64,000 bases of DNA from an uncultured Flavobacteriales bacterium. Its GTDB lineage: Bacteria > Bacteroidota > Bacteroidia > Flavobacteriales_D > Sanyastnellaceae. Position numbers and translations under genes: made by a program. Shown here piece after piece: positions 54,107-63,509 of the stretch. The notes below the pieces were generated by a model. It was not told the DNA's origin, did no database searches, and saw only the letters and a program-made list of their open reading frames with translations. The stretch is taken from NCBI GenBank assembly GCA_965658045.1, contig CBFHQO010000024.1, positions 15,134 through 79,133 on the forward strand, read 5' to 3'. Each line of letters begins with the position of its first letter. Within the stretch, counting starts at the first letter, position 1.

Positions 54107-54919
54107 ATGGCCCTGGACCAAGCCCACGACGAAGCCCAAATGGGGTTCCTCGACCACCTCGAAGAGTTGAGGCGGCGCCTGTTTGTGTCCGCCGTGGCCA
54201 TCATGGCCGCCGGCATCGGGGTGTTTGTGGCAAAGGACTGGGTGTTTGACCGCATCCTGTTTGGGCCGCGGAATTTGGACTTCATCAGCTACCGCGGTTG
54301 GTGCGCCTTGTCCCACGCCATCGGCTCCGGAGACGCGCTTTGCGTGGAACGCATCTCGTACGAATTGATCAACACCACCATGCTGGGCAACTTCTCGGCG
54401 CACTTGATCGTCAGCGCCGTGGGCGGTTTGATTGTGGCGTTTCCCGTCCTCATCCACCAAGTTTGGGCGTTCGTGAAGCCGGCCATGAAAGCCCAAGAGC
54501 GCAACGCCGCGCGGGGGGCCGGACTCGCTTCCTCCGTGCTGTTCTTGATGGGGGTGGCGTTTGGGTACTTCGGGATCGCCCCACTCAGCTTGCAATTCTT
54601 GGGCAACTACGAGCTCGGCGACGTGGCCTCCCGCATCGCGGTCATGAGCTACGTCAAGACGGTGGCGAGCATCACCCTCGCTGCGGGCATCGTCTTCCAA
54701 CTCCCGGTGTTGGTTTACTTCCTGAGCAAAGCCGGCCTTGTGACGGCCGCCACCCTCAAGTCGTACCGTCGCCACGCCTTGGTGGGCATTTTGGCCTTGT
54801 CCGCGGTGATCACCCCGCCCGACGTGACAAGCCAAATCTTGGTGTCGCTCCCTGTGCTTCTGTTGTACGAGTTGGGCATTTGGATTGCCCGCCGCCAAGA
54901 CAAACGACGCGCGCGCTAA
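54107..54919 (+). CDS. tatC: twin-arginine translocase subunit TatC
   Basis: FLDHLEELRRRL and six TM segments with the typical TatC pattern (...PPDVTSQ...). ATG 54107 lies inside track ORF 54068..54919. Confidence 0.9.
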   Translation: MALDQAHDEAQMGFLDHLEELRRRLFVSAVAIMAAGIGVFVAKDWVFDRILFGPRNLDFISYRGWCALSHAIGSGDALCVERISYELINTTMLGNFSAHLIVSAVGGLIVAFPVLIHQVWAFVKPAMKAQERNAARGAGLASSVLFLMGVAFGYFGIAPLSLQFLGNYELGDVASRIAVMSYVKTVASITLAAGIVFQLPVLVYFLSKAGLVTAATLKSYRRHALVGILALSAVITPPDVTSQILVSLPVLLLYELGIWIARRQDKRRAR

Positions 54920-57354
54920 TGCCCCAACTTCTGGCCTCTTGCCTCGCCCTGTTGCTGACCTTGCCCATGTGGGGCCAAACCGCGGTCTCCGGCCGGGTTT
55001 TTGACGGCGAATCGGGCCTGCCCCTGCCGTTCGTCAACGTCAGCTTCGCCGGCTCCAACCTCGGCACCATGACCGACGTAGAAGGGATTTACAGCTTGGA
55101 CGCTGGCGCGGAACGGGTCACCAAACTGGTGGTGTCCACCCTCGGTTACCAAAGCCAGACCATCCCCATCCAGCGCGGGGTGCCCCAAGTGATCAACGTG
55201 GCCTTGGAGGCGCGCAGCGTGGACCTCGAAGCGGCGGTGGTGCGGCCCGACCGAAAGGCCAAGAATCCCGCCAAACCTTTGATGCAGCGCGTGGCGGAGG
55301 CCAAAAAGGAAAACGATCCCTCGTCCATCCCCGCCTTGAAGTACGACTTCTACGAGTTGTTGGAAGTGGCCGTGAACGACTACCCCGAGAAGTGGCCCGA
55401 GCGCAAGGTGTGGGGCCCGTTCACGTGGGTTTGGGACCAATTGGACTCGAGCGAACACCGGGTGGCCCTGCCCATGTTCGCCACGGAAATGTCCGGGACC
55501 ATGCGCACCTCCAAGCGCCGACGGGAGAAACGCATTGAAGCCGCCCGCGCCACCTGGCTGCAAGACGGGGAGAACACGGCCAGTGTGCAGTCCGAATTCC
55601 TCAACATCAACCTCTATGAGAACCAACTGTTGCTGTTGGATCGGGCCTTCACAAGCCCCTTGCACGACCGTGGCAACGTGCACTACCGCTATTACATCCT
55701 GGACACCTTGGACCGCGGGGGGCGGCCTTGCTTCCACATGGCTTTTGTGCCCAGGCGCCGGGGCGAATTGACCTTCGAAGGGGAGATGTGGATCGACACC
55801 TTGAGCCTTGGATTGAGGCACGTGGAGGCCAAAATCAGCGAAGGCGCCAACATCAACTTCGTCCGGAATTACGCGTGGAGCCAGACGTATGAACTCGACT
55901 CGGACCGCTGGGTGTTGGCCCGTGAAGAAAACCTGGCGGACATCAGCCTTCGCGAGGGTGGAATGGGGATTTACAGCCACCAAACCATCGTCAACCACAA
56001 CTTCGAACAGGCCACGAGTTGGCCCGACTCCGTGTGGACGAGTGGTCGCGACATGAGCTTCGCCAAAGGCTCCCACGAAATCCTCGAATCCACGTGGCAA
56101 GACTTGAGGCCTGAGCCGATTCCCGCCCGAGCCAAGCGCACGTACTGGATGGTCGACTCCATTCAAACCATGCCGCAATACAAGTTCCTCGAAGGGTTTG
56201 CCATGCTGGCCGGCACGGGGCACATCGTCACCGGTCCAGTGGAGTTTGGGCCCTTTTACGACACCTACAGCACCAACCTGATCGAGGGGGAGCGCTACAG
56301 CTTGGGCGTGCAAACCAGCAACGACTTCTCCCGCAAGGTTTGGCTGCGGTCGTTCGTGGCCTACGGGACGTTGGATCGAAGGTGGAAGTATGGCGGATTT
56401 GCAGAGTGGGTGTTGCGCAAGACCCCACGCACTGAGGTGTTTGTGGAGCACATCCGAGACATGGACCAGCTCGGCATGATGGGGTTCTTCGACCAAGGGA
56501 ACGGGTTGAACAGCGCCCTCCAACTCAACGACCAAACGCGACTCACCCAGGTGACCCGGACGGAAATGAGCATGCTCCACGAATTCGGTTCCGGGTGGAC
56601 CCAGTCGGTGGAACTCCGTCACCGTTCTGTGGCCGCCACCGACACGGTGCGGTTCATCCGAGAGAGCGACCCCACGGGGTTGTCCCCCTTGGTGACGGCC
56701 GAGCTGACGTTGCAAACACGGTACGCCAGGAACGAGAAATTCCTCTCCGGCGCATTCGAGCGCATGAGCTTGGGGTCGCGGTGGCCAATCCTCACCGCCA
56801 CAGTGACGTTGGGCCTGCCCAACATTGCACGCAGCGAATTCAACTACCAGCGTTGGACCCTCGACGCGGAAGGCACCCGGAGGCTCGGCCCCTTGGGCAG
56901 GATTGAGTGGTGGACCCAAGGGGGCATGTACACCGGCAAGGCACCCGTGCTCTTGACCGAATTGCAGCCGGCGAACGAAACCGCCTTGAGCATCAACGAA
57001 GCCTTCAACCTCCTGCGCTTCATGGAATTTTCCAGCGACCGATGGTGGCGGTCGTATGCCGAGTGGCACGGGGAAGGTGTGGTGCTGGGGCGCGTGCCCT
57101 TGATTCGTGGGTTGGGGCTCCGAGAGGTGGTGGGGGTCAAAGCCGTGCGAAGCGCATGGGATGCGCGCCACGAAACCGTCACCGCCATGCCTTCCACCAC
57201 CACGGGGTTGGACGGCTGGTACGGCGAGGCGGTGTTTGGGGTGGAGAACATCTTCAACGTCTTGCGCCTCGACCTTCACCGCAGAATCACGCCGAGTGCC
57301 CCAGGCATGCTCGACCCCTGGGGATGGCGCGTGGGACTGGGGTTCGAATTGTAA
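54919..57354 (+). CDS. carboxypeptidase-regulatory-like domain + DUF5686-type outer-membrane protein (811 aa)
   Basis: ATG 54919 (TAATG overlap with tatC). Signal peptide, CarboxypepD_reg-like start VSGRVFDGESGLPLPFVNVSF...TDVEGIYSL, then a long beta-rich region. The architecture is recalled as DUF5686 (not searched). Confidence 0.75.
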   Translation: MPQLLASCLALLLTLPMWGQTAVSGRVFDGESGLPLPFVNVSFAGSNLGTMTDVEGIYSLDAGAERVTKLVVSTLGYQSQTIPIQRGVPQVINVALEARSVDLEAAVVRPDRKAKNPAKPLMQRVAEAKKENDPSSIPALKYDFYELLEVAVNDYPEKWPERKVWGPFTWVWDQLDSSEHRVALPMFATEMSGTMRTSKRRREKRIEAARATWLQDGENTASVQSEFLNINLYENQLLLLDRAFTSPLHDRGNVHYRYYILDTLDRGGRPCFHMAFVPRRRGELTFEGEMWIDTLSLGLRHVEAKISEGANINFVRNYAWSQTYELDSDRWVLAREENLADISLREGGMGIYSHQTIVNHNFEQATSWPDSVWTSGRDMSFAKGSHEILESTWQDLRPEPIPARAKRTYWMVDSIQTMPQYKFLEGFAMLAGTGHIVTGPVEFGPFYDTYSTNLIEGERYSLGVQTSNDFSRKVWLRSFVAYGTLDRRWKYGGFAEWVLRKTPRTEVFVEHIRDMDQLGMMGFFDQGNGLNSALQLNDQTRLTQVTRTEMSMLHEFGSGWTQSVELRHRSVAATDTVRFIRESDPTGLSPLVTAELTLQTRYARNEKFLSGAFERMSLGSRWPILTATVTLGLPNIARSEFNYQRWTLDAEGTRRLGPLGRIEWWTQGGMYTGKAPVLLTELQPANETALSINEAFNLLRFMEFSSDRWWRSYAEWHGEGVVLGRVPLIRGLGLREVVGVKAVRSAWDARHETVTAMPSTTTGLDGWYGEAVFGVENIFNVLRLDLHRRITPSAPGMLDPWGWRVGLGFEL

Positions 57355-57377
57355 CGGCGCTCCACGACCTTTGAACC

Positions 57378-58121
57378 ATGGCTTCCGACCTCGTCGCCCA
57401 CAACCTTGTGAAGATTTACGGCAAACGCACCGTCGTCGACCACGTGTCGTTCCGGGTCGCGCCCGGCGAGGTGGTGGGGCTGTTGGGGCCCAATGGCGCC
57501 GGCAAAACCACAAGCTTCTACGCGGTGGTGGGGTTGGTTCGTCCCGACGGAGGCAAAGTCACCCTTGGAGACGACGACTTGACCCGCGATCCCATGCACG
57601 TCCGCGCACGGAAGGGCGTGGGGTACTTGCCCCAAGAGCCCAGCGTCTTCCGCAAACTCAGTGTGGAAGACAACATCGCGGCCATCCTGGAGTTGCAAGG
57701 GTTGGACAAGGGCGAAGCGGCCGACAAACTGGAAGCCCTCCTGGACGAATTCAACCTCCAGAAAGTCCGAAAAAGCATGGGCGACGTGCTGTCAGGCGGC
57801 GAGCGGCGACGCACCGAAATTGCCCGAGCCCTCGCGTCCAACCCCGCCTTCATCTTGCTCGACGAGCCCTTTGCCGGGGTCGACCCCATCGCCGTGGAAG
57901 ACATCCAGCGCATCGTCGACCAGCTGAGGCACAAGGGCATCGGCGTGCTCATCACCGACCACAACGTGCAAGAAACCTTGCACATCACCGACCGGGCCTA
58001 CCTCTTGTTTGAGGGCAAAATCTTGAAGGAAGGGAGTGCAGAAGAACTGGCGGCCGACGACACCGTACGCCGCGTGTACCTCGGGCAAAACTTCACCCTC
58101 AGGCCACGCCCCGCGCGCTGA
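57378..58121 (+). CDS. lptB: LPS export ABC transporter ATP-binding protein LptB
   Basis: Walker [10 protein letters not shown], signature LSGGERRR, Walker [10 protein letters not shown]. About 247 aa with no membrane domain. Confidence 0.92.
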   Translation: MASDLVAHNLVKIYGKRTVVDHVSFRVAPGEVVGLLGPNGAGKTTSFYAVVGLVRPDGGKVTLGDDDLTRDPMHVRARKGVGYLPQEPSVFRKLSVEDNIAAILELQGLDKGEAADKLEALLDEFNLQKVRKSMGDVLSGGERRRTEIARALASNPAFILLDEPFAGVDPIAVEDIQRIVDQLRHKGIGVLITDHNVQETLHITDRAYLLFEGKILKEGSAEELAADDTVRRVYLGQNFTLRPRPAR

Positions 58122-58707
58122 GTTGTGCGTCCAGCAACCGGGCCACGTACTTGCCCATCACGTCAAATTCCAAATTCATGGGTGCACCCACCGGGGTCCT
58201 GTGCAGGTTGGTGTGTTCCCAGGTGTAAGGGATGATGGCCACTGAAAATTCCCCTGGGGCGCTGTCCACCACGGTGAGGCTGATGCCTGCAAGCGCAATG
58301 CTGCCCTTGGGCACGGTGATCCACTCCGGCGCCACGGGATGAGAAATCCGCACAATCCAGCTCCCGTCTTGTTCCTCGACCGCCTTCAGCGTGCCCGTGG
58401 TGTCGACGTGTCCCTGGACCACATGACCGTCGATGCGGTCCCCCACTTTGGCGCAGCGTTCGAGATTGAACACATGCCCCACCTCCATTTGGCCAAGGTG
58501 CGTCTTCTTCAACGTCTCGTCGATTGCGGTGACCGTGTAGACGTCCCCGTCCAGGTGCACCACCGTGAGGCACACCCCATCGTGGGCCACGCTTTGGTCG
58601 ATTTGCAACTCGGAGGTGAACGGCGCCTTCACGTCCAAATGAACGTTGGTGCCCTCCTTGCGGAGCCCCACCAATTCTCCCTGCGCTTCAATGATGCCTG
58701 TAAACAT
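58099..58707 (-). CDS. ribE: riboflavin synthase
   Basis: [12 protein letters not shown]...[13 protein letters not shown] and the internal repeat ...[13 protein letters not shown] are the duplicated lumazine-binding motifs. Confidence 0.93.
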   Translation of the reverse strand: MFTGIIEAQGELVGLRKEGTNVHLDVKAPFTSELQIDQSVAHDGVCLTVVHLDGDVYTVTAIDETLKKTHLGQMEVGHVFNLERCAKVGDRIDGHVVQGHVDTTGTLKAVEEQDGSWIVRISHPVAPEWITVPKGSIALAGISLTVVDSAPGEFSVAIIPYTWEHTNLHRTPVGAPMNLEFDVMGKYVARLLDAQLSARGVA

Positions 58708-58732
58708 GAAACAAAGCTACGGGCGGCGGGGG

Positions 58733-61462
58733 TCAATCGGTGGTCACCCCTGTCCCACTGAACACATGGAGTTCCTGGACGAATCGCTCAGGAACAATCC
58801 CTTCCAACCTCCTTGTGAAGGCGGTGACAGTGCAGGTGTACACCCCGTCGGACACGGCCTCACCTGTGGCCATGTGCGTGCCGTCCCAACCCACGTCGGG
58901 GTCGCTCGTTTGGAAGACCAGCTCACCCCAGCGGCTGTGGATGCGTACGTCCACGCTGTCGATGAATTTCCAGGGGAACGCTTGAAATGAGTCGTTGGTG
59001 CCGTCTTGGTTGGGCGAGAACACGTTGGGCAGAAAATAGAAGGGGCAGTTGTCGACGCAGACCGTGTCCAACGCAGGCCCTTCGTTGCGCCTGAGGTTGC
59101 CGTCGGGGCCAGGCATCAAACTGTCGAGGGCGGTCACGGTGAAGCACCCGGCAATGGTGCCCAAGGCGTTGTCCTCGTTGAACACGTCCGTGAGGATGTC
59201 GACGTCTTCAATTTCTTTCCACACCTCAAGCGAGTCGCCCAAAAACGGGGCCCATCGAATCCGATACGCCACGATGTCGTCGGATTCGCAACCTTCCGGA
59301 CGCGACCAGGTGAGCGTGTCGCGCTCATGCTCGCAGGAAGGCTGCACGTCCAAGTTCAACGCACAAGGTGGGGTGTAATCGTAGGGGGTCCCGCATGCTT
59401 CCTGACTCACGTTCACCAGCGGGGCTTCCGTCGAGGGATCGTCGTAACGACCCAGGGTGGTGACGCGATAGCAGTAGGTCTCGCCGTTGACCAAATTGGT
59501 GTCCACAAAAAAGGAGGTCGCCACCGTGTCCAGCACCACGTACCCTCCCCCAGTGGGCACCTGACGCTCAACCACGCAATGCTCCACCGCCCACGGCGCG
59601 TTTTGAAACACATCCAGCCTCAATTCGTTGTCGTCAGGGGTGAAGGCCAGCCACGGCGTGGACGCGGCAGGCGGCACCCCAACTGAGTTGCCTGTGCTGG
59701 CCAACGTGACATCGAATTCCCATGCAGAGGACTCGGTGTCCAACCCACCCAACGTCACGAGGGTGTCCAAATCCAAGAGTTCCTCAGACGCCTCCGACGA
59801 CCACAGCACGTCCTTGGGACTGTCTGTGCCATCCACAGGGGCGCCTTGCAAGGTGTAGGTGTAGGGACCCGGAAAAGCCACCGTGTCCAATTCGGTGGGC
59901 GGCGACCAGCCCACGAGCACCGAATCCAACGGCCCTGTGCTGACCACCGAGGCCCGGGTCATGACGGGGACGTCCTTTTTGATTCGGCCGCAGGCTTCCC
60001 CGCTGGCCAACGACAACGCGCCATCCGCATACCGGGTCACCACGCGGTAGCAATACGTGACCCCAAAACTCAATCCTACCTCGTCGACCCACCCCATGCT
60101 CGCCAACTCGTCTACTGAGCCGACCAAGGTGTACCCCACCCCGTCTGGGATGCCGGTCTCGCACAGCTCGGGTTCCCAATCTGTCTCGTCCAGCGCCCGC
60201 CGTCGGTGCACTTCGTACGACCCTCCTGACACTTGAGCCGTCGGCAACGCGTCCAGACACGCAGAGGGCGCCCACATGACCTGGAGGGTGTACCCCTCGG
60301 GATTCACGGCGACCCCCTCGACCGGCGGAGACACCACGGTGATTTGACGGGTTTCGAGGTCGGACAGGGGGATGGGGCTGGCCAAATCTTTGGCTTTGAA
60401 GACCACCTGGTGGGGCTCGGCCCGGACCTCGGCGCATGTCGGTGTCCACGCGAAGGTGCCCAGGCCATTTCCCCAATAGGTGAAGTCCGCAGGATGGTCG
60501 ACCTCGGTGAGCGCGCCGCCCACCGCCGTCATGGTCACGGGATGGTTGTCGGGATCTGAGGCCAGCACGTCGAACGTCAACTCGGTCCCAGCCAACATAC
60601 AAGTGTCCGCCATGGGCACCACCTCAGGAGGTTGGTTGGCGCACAGTTGAACGTCAATTTGAATGTCGCGCACCACTTCGCCCACTTTGCGAAGCGTTCC
60701 GTTGACAGGCCGCCACTCCTCAATGCGGATGGCCACGTTGTATTCGCCCACCAACTGCGGGGTGGTCCAAGTGAGGTCCCCGGTCTCTGGGTCAATGGTG
60801 AATTCGTCCTCCCCGGGACTCACCTCGTCCGGAAAGACGTACGTCGGAATGGGGTCGCCGTTGAAGCCACGGCACGGCACCAAACTGTAGGTCAACACGT
60901 CGCCGTCGGGGTCGTGGGCGGCCGGGTTGTGAATCCAAGGCTGGTTCAGGCACGCGTTTTCCGTGGCCGGATTCAACAGTTGGACGCTGTTGTTGTGGCC
61001 CGCTTGCGGGTCGACGATGAGCAAGGATCGAATGGCGAACGGGGTGTCCACCGAGCCCACCATGTTGAGCACGCCTTCGTTGCGGTTGGGGTCTTCCACG
61101 GAAAGCTCGTACACCCCAGGACCACCGTAAGTGTGCGTGCCCCGGTAGGTGTTCACTTGGACGTTTCCGCCGAGTTGACTTACCGGCAACTCACGGGCCA
61201 GGCTGTCCAGGTCGTTTCCTGTTTCGTCGCCCCACCTCAAGAACAAAAAGGGCCGGTCCGCCAGGGCGTCGGACTTCGTGTAGGTCGTGATGACCACTTC
61301 GTAGGTCAACCCCTGGACGTGGGTGTAGGTGATCTCGCCCGCGCGGTTGTGGGTCGCCCATCCTGTGGTGGCGTGAACGACCATGGCCCACACCACCGCC
61401 ACCCACGTGCGCCACCCCGAGAGTGGGGGGACGTGGGGGTTGGGATTTTGGCGTGAAGTCAT
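58733..61462 (-). CDS. large secreted adhesin-like protein with T9SS type-B C-terminal sorting domain (909 aa)
   Basis: ATG 61462. Signal peptide, an N-terminal ATHNRAGEITY module, cadherin/Ig/Fn3-like repeats, and the C-terminus CPFYFLPNVFSPNQDGTNDSF...RWGELVF...GWDG...GVYTCTV (gliding-motility-associated CTD). Confidence 0.85.
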   Translation of the reverse strand: MTSRQNPNPHVPPLSGWRTWVAVVWAMVVHATTGWATHNRAGEITYTHVQGLTYEVVITTYTKSDALADRPFLFLRWGDETGNDLDSLARELPVSQLGGNVQVNTYRGTHTYGGPGVYELSVEDPNRNEGVLNMVGSVDTPFAIRSLLIVDPQAGHNNSVQLLNPATENACLNQPWIHNPAAHDPDGDVLTYSLVPCRGFNGDPIPTYVFPDEVSPGEDEFTIDPETGDLTWTTPQLVGEYNVAIRIEEWRPVNGTLRKVGEVVRDIQIDVQLCANQPPEVVPMADTCMLAGTELTFDVLASDPDNHPVTMTAVGGALTEVDHPADFTYWGNGLGTFAWTPTCAEVRAEPHQVVFKAKDLASPIPLSDLETRQITVVSPPVEGVAVNPEGYTLQVMWAPSACLDALPTAQVSGGSYEVHRRRALDETDWEPELCETGIPDGVGYTLVGSVDELASMGWVDEVGLSFGVTYCYRVVTRYADGALSLASGEACGRIKKDVPVMTRASVVSTGPLDSVLVGWSPPTELDTVAFPGPYTYTLQGAPVDGTDSPKDVLWSSEASEELLDLDTLVTLGGLDTESSAWEFDVTLASTGNSVGVPPAASTPWLAFTPDDNELRLDVFQNAPWAVEHCVVERQVPTGGGYVVLDTVATSFFVDTNLVNGETYCYRVTTLGRYDDPSTEAPLVNVSQEACGTPYDYTPPCALNLDVQPSCEHERDTLTWSRPEGCESDDIVAYRIRWAPFLGDSLEVWKEIEDVDILTDVFNEDNALGTIAGCFTVTALDSLMPGPDGNLRRNEGPALDTVCVDNCPFYFLPNVFSPNQDGTNDSFQAFPWKFIDSVDVRIHSRWGELVFQTSDPDVGWDGTHMATGEAVSDGVYTCTVTAFTRRLEGIVPERFVQELHVFSGTGVTTD

Positions 61463-61503
61463 GGAAAGACCAAGGTACTCGTCGCTACCTTTGACCAACC
61501 TCC

Positions 61504-62568
61504 ATGAGCTCCAAGAATTCAAAAATCAGGGTTGGCATTTCCTGCGGCGACCCCAACGGCATCGGGTTGGAAGCGTTGGCTGACGCGTTTCGCGACGAGC
61601 GCACCCTCGCAAGCATTGTGCCTGTGGTCTTTGCACCGCGCGCCCTCGCAGAGGGTGCCTTTGAAAACATCGCTTGGGGCGAGGTCAGTGATGCGTCGGA
61701 AGCGGGCCATGGCCAAATCAACGTGCTCGACTTCGACGCGCCCGAGTTCACGCACCAGCCAGGTGAAGCGACCCAGCAAGCCGGCGCCGTGGCCATGGAA
61801 AGCCTTCAACGCGCGGTGGGCCAGTTGGCCAAAACCGCCGTGGACGTGCTTGTGACGGCGCCCATCAACAAGGACACCATCCGCCAGGCGGGGTTCTCCT
61901 TCCCTGGCCACACCGAATACCTGGCCAGCGAAGCCGGGGTGGACGAGGTGCTCATGTTGCTTTGTTGCGACGGTCTTCGGATCGGCATGGTCACGGGCCA
62001 CGTCGCGTTGAAAGACGTGAGTGCCCAGTTGACCCCAGACCGCATCATGGCCAAGCTGCGGTTGATGAACGACAGCTTGATCCGTGACTTTGGCATCCCC
62101 ACCCCACGCATCGCCGTGTTGGGGCTGAACCCCCACGCCGGCGACAACGGCATGATGGGCGACGAGGAGAAACGCATTTTGGCCCCGGCACTGGACAAGG
62201 CCAAGACCGAAGGCATCGAGGCCATGGGGCCTTACGCCGCCGACGGGTTCTTCGGGTCTGGGGCGTTCAAGCACTTCGACGGGGTGCTCGCCATGTACCA
62301 CGACCAAGGCCTCGCCCCTTTCAAGGCCTTGAGCTTTGGGCGCGGGGTCAACTTCACCGCCGGCCTGCCCGTCGTGCGGACCAGCCCGGACCACGGCACC
62401 GGTTTTGACATCGCGGGACAAGGAAAAGCCCAAGGCGCGTCCATTCGGGAAGCCATTCGTTTGGCGTGCGACGTGCGGAAACACCGCCTCGAACACCGCG
62501 AATTTGCTGGGAATCCGCTCGAAATCGCCCCACCCAAACCCGAATACAAGGGGCGCGGTCGGGGTTGA
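61504..62568 (+). CDS. pdxA: 4-hydroxythreonine-4-phosphate dehydrogenase
   Basis: GDPNGIG, FPGHTEYL, LNPHAGDNG, YHDQGL and SPDHGT motifs. Confidence 0.93.
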   Translation: MSSKNSKIRVGISCGDPNGIGLEALADAFRDERTLASIVPVVFAPRALAEGAFENIAWGEVSDASEAGHGQINVLDFDAPEFTHQPGEATQQAGAVAMESLQRAVGQLAKTAVDVLVTAPINKDTIRQAGFSFPGHTEYLASEAGVDEVLMLLCCDGLRIGMVTGHVALKDVSAQLTPDRIMAKLRLMNDSLIRDFGIPTPRIAVLGLNPHAGDNGMMGDEEKRILAPALDKAKTEGIEAMGPYAADGFFGSGAFKHFDGVLAMYHDQGLAPFKALSFGRGVNFTAGLPVVRTSPDHGTGFDIAGQGKAQGASIREAIRLACDVRKHRLEHREFAGNPLEIAPPKPEYKGRGRG

Positions 62569-62634
62569 CCCCCACAGGGGTTGCCAAATCCACCCGCTTT
62601 GGCTACCTTTGCACTCCCCAAAAATTTGGAGGAC

Positions 62635-63147
62635 ATGGATTTGATGGCCGATTACCGCATCCCATTTGTGGGTTTGAAGCCTGGAAAACATGAGTTCCAA
62701 ATGCGTGTGGACCCGGAGTTCTTTGCTTGTTTTCCCCATTCCGACGTGGACCAAGTCCATGGCGAAGTTCATGTGGAGTTGGACAAACTCGACACCACCA
62801 TGACCCTCCGCCTGGACCTCGACGCCCAACTCACCGCCCCGTGCGACCGATGCTTGGACGACGTGAACATCCCGCTCACCAGCAGCGACCGAATTTCGAT
62901 TCGCTTTGGAGACGACACGGTGTTGGAAGACGACTTGTGGATCCTTGGCACCAAGGAGTACGAATTGGACGTGGCGCATGCCATTTTTCAATTGGTGCAC
63001 CTGGCCAAACCTTCCCGAGTCATCCACGAACAGGAAACCGACTGCGACCTCAGCATGACTGAGTGGCAAGACGATTCTGCGGAAGATGGAGAAGACGGCG
63101 ACGACATCGACCCACGCTGGGCAGCATTGAAAAGACTCGACAACTAA
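62635..63147 (+). CDS. YceD/DUF177 family protein
   Basis: Conserved position upstream of rpmF. CDRCLDDV motif and an acidic C-terminus. ATG 62635 is preferred over TTG 62581. Confidence 0.78.
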   Translation: MDLMADYRIPFVGLKPGKHEFQMRVDPEFFACFPHSDVDQVHGEVHVELDKLDTTMTLRLDLDAQLTAPCDRCLDDVNIPLTSSDRISIRFGDDTVLEDDLWILGTKEYELDVAHAIFQLVHLAKPSRVIHEQETDCDLSMTEWQDDSAEDGEDGDDIDPRWAALKRLDN

Positions 63148-63153
63148 CGCACC

Positions 63154-63342
63154 ATGGCACATCCCAAAAGACGGCAGAGCAAAACGCGCACGCGCAAGCG
63201 CCGCACCCACGATGCTTTGACTCCTCCCAACGTGAGCACCTGTCCAACCACGGGTCAAGCACACCTGTCTCACCGCGCCCACTGGCACGAAGGCAAGCTC
63301 TACTACAAGGGCAAGGTGGTGATGGAGCGCGAGGAAGCGTAA
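63154..63342 (+). CDS. rpmF: 50S ribosomal protein L32
   Basis: [22 protein letters not shown]... is the canonical bL32 N-terminus. Confidence 0.95.
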   Translation: MAHPKRRQSKTRTRKRRTHDALTPPNVSTCPTTGQAHLSHRAHWHEGKLYYKGKVVMEREEA

Positions 63343-63377
63343 CTCCCCCAACACATTGGTCACGTATGGGTGACATG

Positions 63378-63406
63378 AAAAAGGATTCCAAATGGAGTCC
63401 TTTTTT
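63378..63406 (+). terminator. intrinsic terminator after rpmF
   Basis: Stem aaaaaggattcc / ggagtccttttt (7-bp GC-containing core, one G-U) with loop aaat, followed by a T6 run (63401..63406). Confidence 0.7.
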
Positions 63407-63509
63407 CGTGCCGCAACTTTTCCACGGAACCCGTTGAAGACTCACGCGTTCACGGACTGCCCCCCTCAGAAGGGCCTTCTACCTTTGGCCAACTCTGAAT
63501 ACAACACCG

